Positions 48,324 through 61,120 of a stretch of 64,000 bases of DNA are shown here, piece after piece. The notes under the pieces are model-generated. The model worked only from the letters and a program-made list of their open reading frames with translations, did not search any database and was not told the DNA's origin. Position numbers and translations under genes: made by a program. Location of the stretch: positions 26,288,001 through 26,352,000 of the forward strand of contig NC_134470.1 in NCBI RefSeq assembly GCF_964194025.1, in the 5' to 3' direction. The stretch comes from Convolutriloba macropyga (lineage: Eukaryota). Positions within the stretch are counted from its first letter, which is position 1, and each line of letters begins with the position of its first letter.

Positions 48324-51300
48324 AGCAGTTACGAGAACCTCAATAAATTTCTGTCTCCCTTTTTCCAGAGTGGACCAGGTGCAATTATTGAGACTGAATT
48401 GAAAGATGCCAGATCCGCTTTAGAGGCTACCAATTTGGAGGAAGATGAGCTAATATTGTCTCCCGCTGATAAAAGCTTGCGCACCAATGCAGCGGTTGAG
48501 GCAATTGAAATTGTGCATAGAGAACTGTAGTCCAGTGACGAGGTGAGCTATGAAGAGCCTTTTGAGACCAGCCCGTACCGTTACGAGGTTAACGATTTCC
48601 AAAAACTCCTTAAAATCATTCCTAAATCAAAAACGACCATTTTATGTGGGGATATAAACTGTCCTGATGTTAACTGGAAAACTCTAGCAAGTACAAATGA
48701 AGAAGAAAACGAAGTAATTGAATTGTTTGAGGAATCACTATACAGACAAATCATAAACTTCCCCACCTGTGGGCAGAACACTCTAGATGTAGCATTTTAC
48801 AAAAATTGTAATTTGGTGGCACATCTCGACGAGAAATTTTCCTCAATTTACGACTGCTCGGATCATAAATCAATCCAGTTAACACTAGAATGTCCACGCC
48901 AAGACACCAAAAAAAACTTTAAAAGTTTCGGAAACGCTGACTACGAAAGCATAAATAATATTTTAAGTACTGAACCCTTCAAACCAGTTTGCTTCACTAA
49001 CATAAACAACATGTGCGAAGAATTTTACCAGTACATGGATCAAATATTCGAGGTCCACGTCCCCAAAAGAACTAGACACCGACAAAGTCTACCTCCCTGG
49101 ATATCAAGTTTCACTTCTTACAACATGAAGAGACTACAAACCCAAAAACGACTCTTATCCGAAAAACCCACTAGTTATCGAAAACAAGAAGTTCTTAAAC
49201 TTGAAAACCAATTGATAGAATCATCGGAACTGGACAGGATTGAATATCAGGACAAAATCATGCGTGCAAGAAATACCGGTCAATCTTCAAACACTTGAAA
49301 AGCCTGAAAAAATCACCCAGCCTTCCAAAATTACTAATCAAAGAAAATCAACAGAGCACAAAAATGCAAGAGCAAGTCAACATGATGAACGAGTTCTTTC
49401 ACTCAGTGTTCTCACCCAAAATTCCTTTCAGTATACAAGATGTAAAATTGAGAAATCCTGAAATTACAAACTTCGAAATCTCAAAGAAAGCAATCTACGA
49501 AATACTTCTTTCGCTAGATGCCACAAAGTCGCGAGGCCCAAATGGCATACCGCCTGCATTTTTCCAACGTACAGCACGCGAAACAAGTAAGAATTTAAAT
49601 GTACTTTTCAAGCAGATAAAACGACTGAGAAAAATCCCAAACTCCTGGAAAATTGCAGCTGTGACACCAATCTACAAAAAAGATGACAGACGGAAAAGAG
49701 AAAATTACCGACCAGTCTCTCTTTTAGACATTGACAGTAGTTTTTGAGAAATGCATTTGTACAGCTTTATACGCTCAATTCGAAAAATTCCTTACAGAAC
49801 ACCAACATGGATTTGTTAAAAAACGCTCAGTTAATACAATTATGCTATCCTTCTTGAAATCAATTCACGACGCACTCGATAACGAATCAAGCACCGAAAT
49901 TGTAGCATTCTACACAGATTTCTCCAAAGTTTTCGACAAAGTGCCGCATTTTGAGCTTGTACAAAAAGTTGCAAAAATTGGAGTGGGAGGTTGCCTATTA
50001 GAAATTATCATTGACTACTTAGACAATAGGAAACAATTCGTTCGGGTAGACAACAAAAGATCGGAAATTTTAGATGTAACAAGTGGGGTACCCCAAGGTT
50101 CTCTTCTCGGACCACTCCTGTTTTGCATATTCATCAATGACCTACCTGATGTGTTAGTTTTCTCTGACCCATTTATCTTCGAGGATGACCTAAAAATTCT
50201 TTCAGTGAAGAAAACGTTTTGGCAAGTTCAAAACGATCTCAATGGTATTGAATAGTGGGTAAATGAAAATAAAATGAAATTAGCCATGGACAAATGTGCA
50301 AAGCTGAGCATAAGAGGTCAAACAAAATTACGAGCTTATGGGCACTAAACTAGAGTCATCCAAAGTCATCAAAGATCTCGGCATCTATGTTTCCCATGAC
50401 CTGACGTGGAAGACACACATCGAAGAACGACTGAAAAAAGCGAACAAAGTACTCTACCTACTTCGACGAAACAAAGCTCTTCAAGTAAGACAAGAGATCA
50501 AGCTCGGACTCTGCAACTCACTAATTTTGCCAGTACTCTTATATGGCCCTGCATGCACAAATCCGAACCGAGGTGAGCTACAACATTTTGAAAGATTGCA
50601 AAAGAAAGTAGTCAAATGGATCCTTGGACAAAAAGTCATGCCGTATCCAAATCAACTGAGACTTCTTAACATACTACCACTACCAATGTTCATGCAACTA
50701 AATGACATTCTACTTTTATCGAAACTGACAGAAGACGATAGCTTTTTACCAATGCTGAAACAAAATTCAGAAAAAGGGAGAACAAATGAATTATTCAAGC
50801 TCCCGAAAACCAGAACTGAAAAAACTAGAAATGATTTCTTTTTCCGTACATGCAGACTAGCAAAACGAATAGGAAAATACATTGAATTTAATGCGAAAAA
50901 AGGCCTTAAAAATCGAGTTTTAAATTTCATGTGGAAGTTTGTAAACGAGCGATTCGATGAAAATAACATCTGTAGCTGGCATCTATGCAGTGACTGTCAG
51001 ATCTGCAGAAATAATAGGTCAATTTTCTAAGACGACGACTGGGACAAAAATCCCCTCAGTGAAAACTGTAAATCCCCAACAACAACAACAACAACAAAAA
51101 AAAATAAGATACACTGAATCGTACGGTTTAGCCATGGATGCTTCGCTGGCCGTAAAGTGGCAAATTTGAGGATGAAATCTTTTCGAAACCTTTGCAGAAA
51201 TCAAAAGAGGAAAGGTGGAGCAAAACTTCCGACATGAAGGGAAGGTGCATTCATTGTAACCGACGCGTTACTTTACGAGGGAAAGGAGTGGAGTGTCAAT

Positions 51301-52350
51301 CATGTAAAAACTGCTTTCATGCAAAAATGCCAAGGCGTTACTGACAAGGACTATAAAGACAAGCAGGAAACTGTATCGATCTTAACATATTTTGCAGCTA
51401 AGGTAACACAGAACATATTTTGCAGCTAGGGTAACATATATGTTTAACTAAGGTAACACAGAAATTTAAATTATTCAAGAGAAATGTGGATGACATAGAG
51501 TCCACTGCGAAGAGAACCCTCTAGAGTACGTTGAGTATGCGAATTCTCTTCACAAAACTTACAATTCACTCTTGAGACGCCTATCTGAAATGGAAACCTG
51601 GCGTTCCTAGATCTGAACATACACGTAAACGATTAATGAAAAGTTAGCTGTCATTGGTATCGAAAATCTACTGATACCAGCAAAAACTGAAATTTCGTAG
51701 CGGTGCACCGTTACAAAATAACAATTGTGATTCAGGGGACTGCATGTACGTTAGATTTGCAATGCAACCAGTGATTGGCAATTCTTTTATGTGGCTCCTG
51801 AGAAAAATCAGGAGATCTGGACTGCAAATCATTATCCAGCTGAGTGGTCTTCCAGTATTGTTAATGAGACGTTGGATAAAATTGTCAATTTTTTAAAAAA
51901 ATGAAAATATCAAAATGTCAACCATTGCTCAACACAGAGAAAAGCGCAATAAATTTTGCAAGTAGATTGAAAAAAAAGTTGGGATATTCAAACCATTTTA
52001 ACAACCAGCACAAAAAGAACTTGCTTGCTTACCCTGAAACACTTTTTTGACAGAAATCTGAAATCGCTTATGGTTTAAAGATTTACATGTAATGGATGGA
52101 TTTTCATCTATGTTGGCCAAATTAGCTGACATGTTACCATAAGATTTTCGGGGCATCAAAAAAAATATTCCCCTGTGGGACATCGCTTCGGTAAAAGTTG
52201 TGCAACAACTGATTATTTTTAATGAGACATTATTCATGCTTGTCGTGGGGTTCAAAAACTAATGACAATAAAAGCAGCGATCTACATCAAACAATTGAAA
52301 CCAAATTTAAAAACTGGTGACTATTATCGGGGGCGTGAAGTATTAGTTAA
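48324..52350 (+). mobile_element. Decayed Penelope-like retroelement (RT with inserted PHD finger plus GIY-YIG), interrupted by a CR1-type LINE at ~48572-51104
   Basis: Left of the LINE: SSYENLNKFLSPFFQ...LILSPADKSLRTNAAVEAIEI (decayed motif 3) and AMKSLLR. Right of the LINE: GLAMDASLAV/ANLRMKSF (motif 4), PHD, KLFKRNVDDI (motif 5), ANSLHK/LQFTLE, LAFLDL, CHWYRKSTDT, CNGWIFIYVGQ (GIY-YIG) and IYIKQLKPNLKT. Confidence 0.85.
48572..51104 (+). mobile_element. 5'-truncated CR1/L2-type LINE (APE endonuclease plus RT), frameshifted, with (CAA)n tail
   Basis: ILCGDINCPDVNW, NTLDVAF and SDHK (APE); [41 protein letters not shown] and FEDDLK (RT); Cys-rich C-terminus; (CAA)n plus A-run at ~51077-51104. 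Confidence 0.93.
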
Positions 52351-52693
52351 AATGCAAAAAATTTGAACTTTGTAATTCACGAGTTTTTTGGTACATGGTA
52401 ATTCGAATTTTTGTCAAACCCAACAAATAAGGGATGAAAACAGATAGGAATGAAACTAGAAACTTCTTTCCAGGAATTGAAAGTAAACTACCCGAGAATT
52501 TCAAAAAAAACCGGACTAAAAATTGAAAAATTTTTGTTGTTTTAAATATAAATAAAATGCTGTAAATGTGATATTAACTTTAAATAAATTCATTGTTGTT
52601 TTAACTCATTTCGTAGATTTTGATAGAGAGTGTCCCCGACACGTTTTTATATTTTGTAAATGATTTTATTCGATTTTGAAGCCAGTTTTACGT

Positions 52694-52734
52694 AAAACTG
52701 ACGATGAATTCAATGTTCGAAAACGTTCCTTTTT
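52694..52734 (+). ncRNA. Putative minimal type I hammerhead ribozyme motif in the PLE 3' region (probably decayed)
   Basis: CTGACGA (52698-52704), short stem GAA/TTC, GAAA (52719-52722), palindromic AACGTT, then C; flanking AAAA/TTTT. Position fits Penelope pseudo-LTR hammerheads. Confidence 0.55.
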
Positions 52735-55334
52735 AACTCAAAATAATTTTTAATTAACAATTCCTTCTTCTCTGCAAATTTTTAAAGTTTGTCATTGAAG
52801 AGCAATTTTTATTGTGCCAAAAAAGCAAATTGGAGCAAAAAAATTTATTGTTCTGTCACACTTTTTATGGAATTTTGTAAAAAAGTCAAAATTTAAAGGC
52901 TTATCGTATAATGTCACAAAAATTTTTACGCATTTTGCTCTCTTTTGCTTGGATATTGTAATCAATGAACCTGTGACCATATCGCTAACTAGGCGGCTTC
53001 AACAATAGTGGAAAGTTCAACTATACACTTTTTCGTTTTCCTAAAGCCCTTTAAAACAAACTTCGTTTGAGAAACTCTTGCGGAAAGCAAAATGACCTGG
53101 AATAAATTAACAATTTCGCTGACGAGGAGAAATTCCAACGCAATTAAAAACCTTACAGTAGAGCTCACCCAGGGATCTTCTCATCGAAGAAACACTCAAA
53201 ATAAAAATTTACTTCAACAACTTATTGGAAATCGACCACAATTAAGTACCCTATAATACAAAAATACAATAAGCACATGAAGCTCTAGCCGTTTTTGTAA
53301 TCGTTGTACTCCAACTAATTGACCACCTGCGCAACTCGAAGGTAACGATGACAATACGGTAAGAAGCATGAAGAATCTGCTGAAAATCTTCACGGACTTA
53401 TTCAAAGGCAATAATTTTGGACTAATAGCAAAGGCTTCAAAGGCCAATTAATTGTAAAAGAACAAGCCCATTTTTTGCAGGAATTGGTGTCGATATTTCA
53501 GAGTGTGGTCCTTTTTGGGATCAATCTTCATCGGAAAAGATTTGCGTGGGTCCTTTCTAGCAGTGATACCGCAAATTTTTTTCAATCTATGTCAGTGAAG
53601 AAATGCATTAAGAGCCTAATAATGGAGAAAGGCCTAATCATATTTAACAAAGAGTGCTCAGAAAAGCTTAGTTTTAGTTTTTCCTGCTTGGAAAGCTCAT
53701 AAGGCTCATTGACAAGGAGTGTTTTCTTGGACAGGAAAATTTTTCAAAAGTTTTGTTGCCATCATGTGTGGATTTTCTTGTCAGCGACAACGCACTCCAC
53801 TTATAATTGCTCCAGTCAAGGTGTTACAACTCTACAATTTCAGAGAGACATATTTAAAACTTTTACTGGTACTGATGACAACGCTTGACTCTACATCAAA
53901 GCAAATTGGGCTCTATATTTGCCAGACTTTCCTTCAACTTAAAAAGATGTTAATGTCATTGTCGGAAAATGTCTCTATCCGTTGGCCAAGTCTTGCCCCA
54001 AAAATTCAGAGAACCATATAATTTTTACAAAGAGAGTTGAAAACTAAAATACCAACAAGAAATTTTGATAATTACAAAAATTTTCTTTTTAATGGCTCAC
54101 GTTTTCCTGCATGGGAGGAACAGGACCCTCTGCAACACGCTCTTTAAAGCAACTCGCAAAAAGCTTTGAAAAAACACAAGCTGGGATCAGTACTCAGTAG
54201 AAAAGATTTGCGTGGGCTCTTTCCAGCAATAAAACTGCAAATTTTTTCCAATATACTTCAGTGAAAAAATGCAATAACAGCCTAATCATGCAGCAACACC
54301 TAAACAAATTCAACCAAATTTGCTCAGCAAAATTTAGTTTTCCTTGCATGGAAAGCTCCTAACACGCTCTTGGACTTGAAGTGTTTTCTTCTTACAGGGA
54401 AAAAATTCAAAAATTTTTATCATCCATTCGGACAGAGATAAGTTTCGCACACCAATGCTGCGCATTTATTTGATTAGTTACCACAGAGGTTGTTGCGGTG
54501 TAAAGTTTTTAACCGAGGGTGATGATATTGGTTGTAATTCGGCAATATTATTGCTAAAATTGGAATTCCACAACGCTTTTTGCCAATCAAGTGCCACTTT
54601 GAGCACATTTTTACGCTAACACATTCTTTACGCTGGGCAAAGGTGTTTATACCCGTATGCACAAAAATTAGAGAAAATGCAAGAAAATATTGTATGATGT
54701 ATGCTTTGACGTTGAAGTTAAGCAATTATTTTGGTTTTTAGAAGGAGAAATCTTTTACAACAAAACTACTTGTACTGAAGACAACACTCAACTTCACATC
54801 GAGCAAAACAAATTGTAGGGTCCAGATTACGCACGACGTTCTTTTACATATAATTCGTCAATTCGCTGGCTGAATCTTGCCCAAAAAGGGCTGGCTGAAT
54901 CTTGCCCAAAAAGTTTTGGAAATTGAAGTAATTTTCTTCCTCTAAGTTTTTCCTGCATGAGTGGCGCAGGGCCTTCAGCGGCACAAACTGTAATAAAAAC
55001 TAGCAGAAGAAAACTCGCTGCGGAAGAAAAGACGACCAATATAAGGACGCGTTAACATGCATTCACTCGAAGAGAGATTTGGCACTTCTATGCAGCAACA
55101 TTGTGTGTCTCTGGTGCTGCCGTGTTGCAAAACGTGTAAATGAGGCAGATAAAAATCGTCGCAGATTTGTGTGAGAGGAGAGTATAGGATTCATGTCATT
55201 ACAGTATTAGTTTTGAAGCGGTGTCCCCTCCAGGGGGAACTTAAAATGCAATACATTGCTGAAAGCCCTTTTGAAGAAAGGCCTGACGCCTAGAACTTGG
55301 AAGAGGTTTGCAACTTCCTTGTGGGGCCCCATGG

Positions 55335-55610
55335 TTGACTACCGCTAGCTCAGCTAGTGGAATTTAGGCCAGCGGAGAAATTGAAGCAAGAACCCTGAAC
55401 AGGTTGACTTGGATTTAAATTATCTAGTCCGGAATTGCCTGCAAGTCCGATTCACATCAGCGCAGTCAAGAGGCTGAGATTTGGCATGTTAGGGTAGATC
55501 ATTGTATAGTGCCCTGGAAAAAAGGAGCTGCGTGGTATTCACTGGGAGCCTGTTGAAAATGACTCGTGCAGTCATGTCTCACTGACCTCTAACTGTAAAA
55601 ATCTCTCCAA
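55335..55610 (+). mobile_element. Possible old tRNA-derived SINE
   Basis: A-box-like TAGCTCAGCTAGTGG, degenerate B-box and a GC-richer body in an AT-rich context. Confidence 0.35.
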
Positions 55611-56591
55611 CGAGGAAAAAACAGACTGAATTTGAATTCAACAATGAGAAAATCAAATGAAATCAAGTGAAATCGAGACAATTACTTGAAAATTTCTATT
55701 GAGTTGTGAATTAGCTAGATTTTAAGTAAAGTTTCTTGTGATCTTAAATTGCTTCCAATAGAAAACTGTGTTAGTAGGCAACAAACACATAATTAGTGAG
55801 GTTGTTCTGTGAGAAAAATTGAGATGATTGCTACACTGTATGTCTGAAATGAGTTTGGCAGTGGAAAGAAAAACTTTGAGTGATACCTGGTCGCAGAGCT
55901 AAAATTGACAGAAATTGACTACACTGCTTGTCTGATCCAGAGAACAACTGTTCTGCTTGTCTCGAAAATGGTTGAGACTTGAGTCTCTCAGAGCACAAAC
56001 CCTAAGAAAAGAGGACACCAGATGGTTTTTGCATCGTTGCTCTGGTCTAAATCGTTTGGAATTCTTTATTCTGAAGATCAGTTGACTAAAATACTTGAGG
56101 TTTTGGTCAAAGGGGAGATGCACTGTTTGAAATCAAATTAAATAAACAATCGTTTTGAAAAATATGAGTAAACTGACGAGTATCTTTCTAGATTTTATAA
56201 TCATGACGCAGGCTGACGCCTTGAAAATTGTTTTATAATTCATCTAATTCTCAAAAAGAAATAGGGCGGCTGCGTAATCGGAAATTTATTGACAGCAAAC
56301 GGTAGCAAAACCTTGTTATCTACTTTTAGCTTTACAGATGGCTTTTTTATAGAAAACATAATTTTTAGTCATTATTTGGTCTGATCTCGAAATGAAGTGG
56401 TACTATTGATGAGTTAAAAACACTTAGATGCTTTATTAATGGGAAAACCAGAAATACCTTGAACATTTTTTCAGTTATCAACCTTAACAAATGAAGACGA
56501 TTTTTTTACCAATGATGAAAATTACCTTGCGACATGCAGAACTGACTTAAATAGCTTTAAGCAATTTGGGGCTTTCGAAACAATTGTTTCG

Positions 56592-59350
56592 TATGGTTTT
56601 CTGAAACGAAAAATGTACGTTGAGCTGGTAATTATAACGTTTTCCTAAATTGTCAAAAATTTGAACTCAACCTTTAAACTTTTCAATCACAAATTTTATC
56701 TATTAGATTGTGTTTGTTGCTTCATTTTTGAGAAAATTCAAAAACACTTCATTCAGAATTTCAAAAACATTTTGGACACACAACTAAAAATTAACTTGAG
56801 TTCGAAAGTGTAAAGAAGACGCATACAAACTCTTTCCTAATGCGTTCTGGGCGAAAGGCGTATTAATAGATTCGACAGAAGACAACTTCAGTATTTTAGC
56901 CAAAAAATTATAAAAACTGTCAAAACTTGTTTTTTTGACTAGTCTTATATAATAAGATTTAAGTAATAACTGGATTTAAATAATTTTTGTTCCGTTTCTA
57001 TTCACTGTCCTTGTTTTAAATGCACAGATAACTTAGAAGCAGATGTTACGAAAGTGAGACAAATAGCAAATGCAACTGCAAAAGAATATTTGAAGCAAAA
57101 AGCTGAAAAACTAAGACGTGAGTTTCGCGAAAATTGTACATAATTGCACATGGCAACAACAAAAATTAATCGCTATGATTGCTCAATTGTTGTCATAAAT
57201 TTATTAATTAGTATCATACTTTAAGTGATTACTACTGAAGATGCAATGTTTCCGCGTAGCCTCGAAATCATTTCAACATCCAGATACTATCCAAGTGTAG
57301 AAGGTTTGCTTGTAGCGTTGAACAATGATAATGATTATGAAGCGTTCACTGGGAAACTCCCAAAGTGCTGGCTATCTAGCTTGCGGAAAGACCCTCTGCT
57401 ACATCTAGACGGAGCTTTGTCAAATTCACAATTCCCAAATTTTGGCAACAAAAACATTGAATGAAACTCCGTCTGAACAAAAAATGGTTACAGAGGATAA
57501 AAAACAAAAACTAACTGCATTTAAAATCAAACCAATGGAAACTTACAAGATAAAATGGAGACCAGCTCATAAGCCAGAGCCACCCACAAATGATAATACA
57601 TTTTAAAGAAGACTCAACGTTTATGGTGTACCTGAAAACGACGACAACTCTTTATAAGACCAATTATGGATGGACAAAGAATCAATGCAAAACCTAGTTG
57701 AAGAAAAGGATGGTCTAGATTAAAAGAGTTTGATTCTACAAAACAATGTCACATTTTGCTTTGTTGTCAGGCCTGTTTTTTTGCGATGCTAAGTTATGCA
57801 TAAGCAGAGCCATTGAAAGCAAGTTGCATGGAAGAATTTTTTCTAACGGAATTTTCTGCTACTGATTAAAAAAAAGAGAGAGAATTTTTGAGGAAAAGGT
57901 TAGAAATAATACAATGTGGTTGCATTAAAAAAAAGTTCAGCATACACAAAATTAGAGCAAGTTTTTGACAGTCTAGAGTTAGCTCAAGATTGACTATACT
58001 TTTCATTCAATACGGTCAACATTTGGGTATTGCTTCTGATACAAAACAATAACACTTAACTAACTTTTATCTAAACCTTGTCCACAAATTGTTTGCCCCA
58101 CAGAAGTTTGGCTTGATTCTGGTTCTTATTCACAATTGGCCTTTGAGACTAGTTACACTGAAGCAGCTATCGCTCACAGAGAGAGGTGCCGAAGTGGAGT
58201 TAACCATGTTCAAAGCAATATTATAATTAGCAATGAAAAGAATTGCTTGTCCGATAATGTCATATGTGTTGTTGAGGTAAACCCTCTAAAGATGCCCTTC
58301 TTTCTGTATATATGTACATACCACCTAAAAAGCAATTATCGTTAACCATGGAAACAAATATCTGAACCACTTGTACAACTATTGCAACAATTATATGATA
58401 TATTTATAATTACAGACAATTTCAATGAGCTCACTGTTGACTGGGTTTCTTTCACATCAATATCTTGTAATGATTTTGAAAATTCCTTTGAATTCTTAAT
58501 AGGAATTTTTCTGCTGTAGATAGTTGAGGATGAAACGAGGGCAACCATATGTTAAAATTATTATTTGCCAAATCTGACGGTGCTTATACATGAATAAAAT
58601 ACAATACAAAAACAGACTTTAAAGACCAATTTGGCGTTAAGACTTGCATTCATCTGCCAGAGCTCATTTCTAAAAATAAAATATCTTTAGTTGTAATTTT
58701 GTATCTCGTGGAAGGTACTCCTCTATCAGTCACGTTTTGTATTCCATATTCATTTCCTTAGTATTAGATACAAAATAGCTCCTTTTTTGTTGCTCAGCTT
58801 AACAGTTATACAAATATGAAGCGGACAAAAAGGAAGTATTTACCCTGATTTGTCTCACATCTTTCATTGTTCGAATAAGCGCAATTGAGCAGCAAAAAAT
58901 GAATGGAGTTTTCCTTAGGCTTTTTTGGGACAATTTAGTTAAGACGTACAATTGTTGATAGAAATAAAACTTGATCAGTTTATCATGATCAGTTGGATTC
59001 AAATAATACTGGTGCATCAAGTTGATTTCTTCCTACTAAAAAGCCCATAAAGAAGCTCACACCTCAATAGAATGCGCTGCAGTAGTTGTACCAATTTTTG
59101 AAAGAAGTTCTAAATTCGGTGATCAGTCCTAGACCTAAAGATCAAAAAACTTGAATTTTGAAGGTGTAATTGAGTTTGATAATACTTATGTGCTGTGGTG
59201 CGGGAGGGGAAGCTGGAGAGTTTTTTGTAGAGTATTTTTTCAGCCTCTAGTTGTAGTCTAGTCTCAAGTATTAGTCTAGGGTTTAACTCTGTCTGGTTCT
59301 TGGCTTAGGCCCGTAATTTCACAGCTAAGTTGACTGCATGGATTGGGTTG
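56592..59350 (+). repeat. First copy of an ~2.8-kb duplicated segment containing a decayed LINE ORF1/APE relic
   Basis: Colinear with 61121-64000. Relic peptides RLNVYGVPEND, SVYMYIPPK and IITDNFNELTVDW. Confidence 0.85.
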
Positions 59351-59487
59351 AGATGTCCGCAATTGCCAATGAAAATCCAAGCATACGACTTCAAATCTGA
59401 GTGACTCTTGATAAAGTAATTCCAATAGATCTTAGTTAATTGAGATTAGTTAACTTCATTTCTTAATAATGCGTATTATTATGGCTT

Positions 59488-59647
59488 NNNNNNNNNNNNN
59501 NNNNNNNNNNNNNNNNNNNNNNNNNNNNNNNNNNNNNNNNNNNNNNNNNNNNNNNNNNNNNNNNNNNNNNNNNNNNNNNNNNNNNNNNNNNNNNNNNNNN
59601 NNNNNNNNNNNNNNNNNNNNNNNNNNNNNNNNNNNNNNNNNNNNNNN
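59488..59647. other. Assembly gap (160 N)
   Basis: Run of N. Confidence 1.
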
Positions 59648-60239
59648 AAACTTTTTCAGTTTATTTCACTTGAGGACCGACATTTTTCGCTGGACAGATA
59701 AATTTTATGAAACACGAATCTTCGATGCTGAAAAAAATATTGAATTACTTCCACATCTTATTTATTATTCGATTTTTGAGTCTGACTGAATGGAAAAGTT
59801 AACATTTGAATCAATGATATTTGCTCTGTATGTGGTTTGATAGAATACGTCGGCCGTTGAAATTCTCTTTCAATTTCAGTCAAATTAATCGATAATTTGA
59901 CTGCCTTTGCACATGCTCGCTTGTGTTGAACGCATTATAATTGTTCATAAATTTCGATAGCAAGAGAAGATCTCTTAATGCAATGTAATAATTGAGAGGT
60001 AATAATTTCAGGTATCGTAGTCGTTGGCATTAATTAAGGCTTGTTAGGATCCATCAAGAATCTTTTTCTTGAGATTTTTTCAGATTTTGAAGCTAGATAA
60101 CATTTAGATTCATAGATAAGGATTGCAATAAGCGTAATAGATTTAGATTCGTACTAACCGTCAGAAGAAATGATGTGATTTTCCAATTTGGTGAAGGAAT
60201 TTGTGGGCTTTACGACTCAGCAATTCTACATGCTCCTTC

Positions 60240-60730
60240 CAATTGAGACTGTCGTTCATAGTGATTCCAAGGTAGTCCATAATTCTCGATTGTTCCAGCG
60301 ATCATTGACCCAAGAGTGTCTTCACTTGATATTTAAAACTCAAGTACTGGCATTTCGATAAATTGAAGCTAATATTATCGTAACTCCATAGCAATACTGA
60401 ATCTAGATCTTGTTTGTTTCCGTGTTCGTTTACATGATTTTATAATATAAACATTTTGAGATCGCCAGCAAAAAAGAAAAACTTTGGACTTAAAAACTAA
60501 TTCAGTTAAGTCATTAATCAACATAATAGAAAGTAGGTGCCCAGGTGTTGAGCCCTGAGGTACACCCGAGTTGACGAGCTAATACTTCAATTTAGATTTC
60601 GATTTTTTACGTATTGCTGTCTGTCGCTCAGAGATCTGTAAAATCTTGCCGCCTATTCCAATGCAATTGGTCTTACGTAAGAGTATTCCATGATCAATTT
60701 GGTCCAAAGCTTTGGAAAAGATAAAGTGAA
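60240..60730 (-). mobile_element. Decayed CR1-type LINE RT fragment
   Basis: Minus-strand relics FSKALDQIDHGILLR, SGVPQGS, FAGDLK, LSFNLSKCPVL and DYLGI. Confidence 0.8.
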
Positions 60731-60943
60731 ATGAGTTACTTTCTCGATTGTTCTCAGACGTGAATTTTTATTTTATCTAACTAGATAGTCATTTCAAGAA
60801 AACCGGATGTACATGTCTGTTTTGAAACTACGTTTAGACGGCTGTATCTTGTCCAAATGTGTTCGTCAGACTTTTTCATGTGTTTTTAATTTAGCTAAAA
60901 CTCTTGTATCGTTTTTTTCATAGTTTTTTCCTCTTAAGTAATT

Positions 60944-61044
60944 CTGGGTCTTTCTCATTAGAGCCCCCACGAAATTTTAGCCCCCCATTTTGGTATAATT
61001 ACCATGTTAGGGGGCTATAATTTATTTGAGCATTAAGCTGGTGG
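60944..61044. mobile_element. ~100-bp MITE-like element
   Basis: Imperfect terminal inverted repeats GGTCTTTCTCATTAGAGCCC and GGGCTATAATGGGAAAGACC. Confidence 0.5.
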
Positions 61045-61120
61045 GCTATAATGGGAAAGACCTGTTACTCTTATTGGTAGATCGATATCATCGGATCTTT
61101 TCCGCTGGTGCAAACTAGCT

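Noticed and set aside
51240-51330. BED zinc finger of a hAT transposase
   Set aside because: The Cys/His spacing fits PHD, and the flanks are Penelope RT motifs rather than transposase.
54827-55039. 70-aa ORF with a signal-peptide-like N-terminus
   Set aside because: Starts at TTG with an in-frame stop just upstream and no ATG; contains a local ~21-bp duplication; no family similarity.
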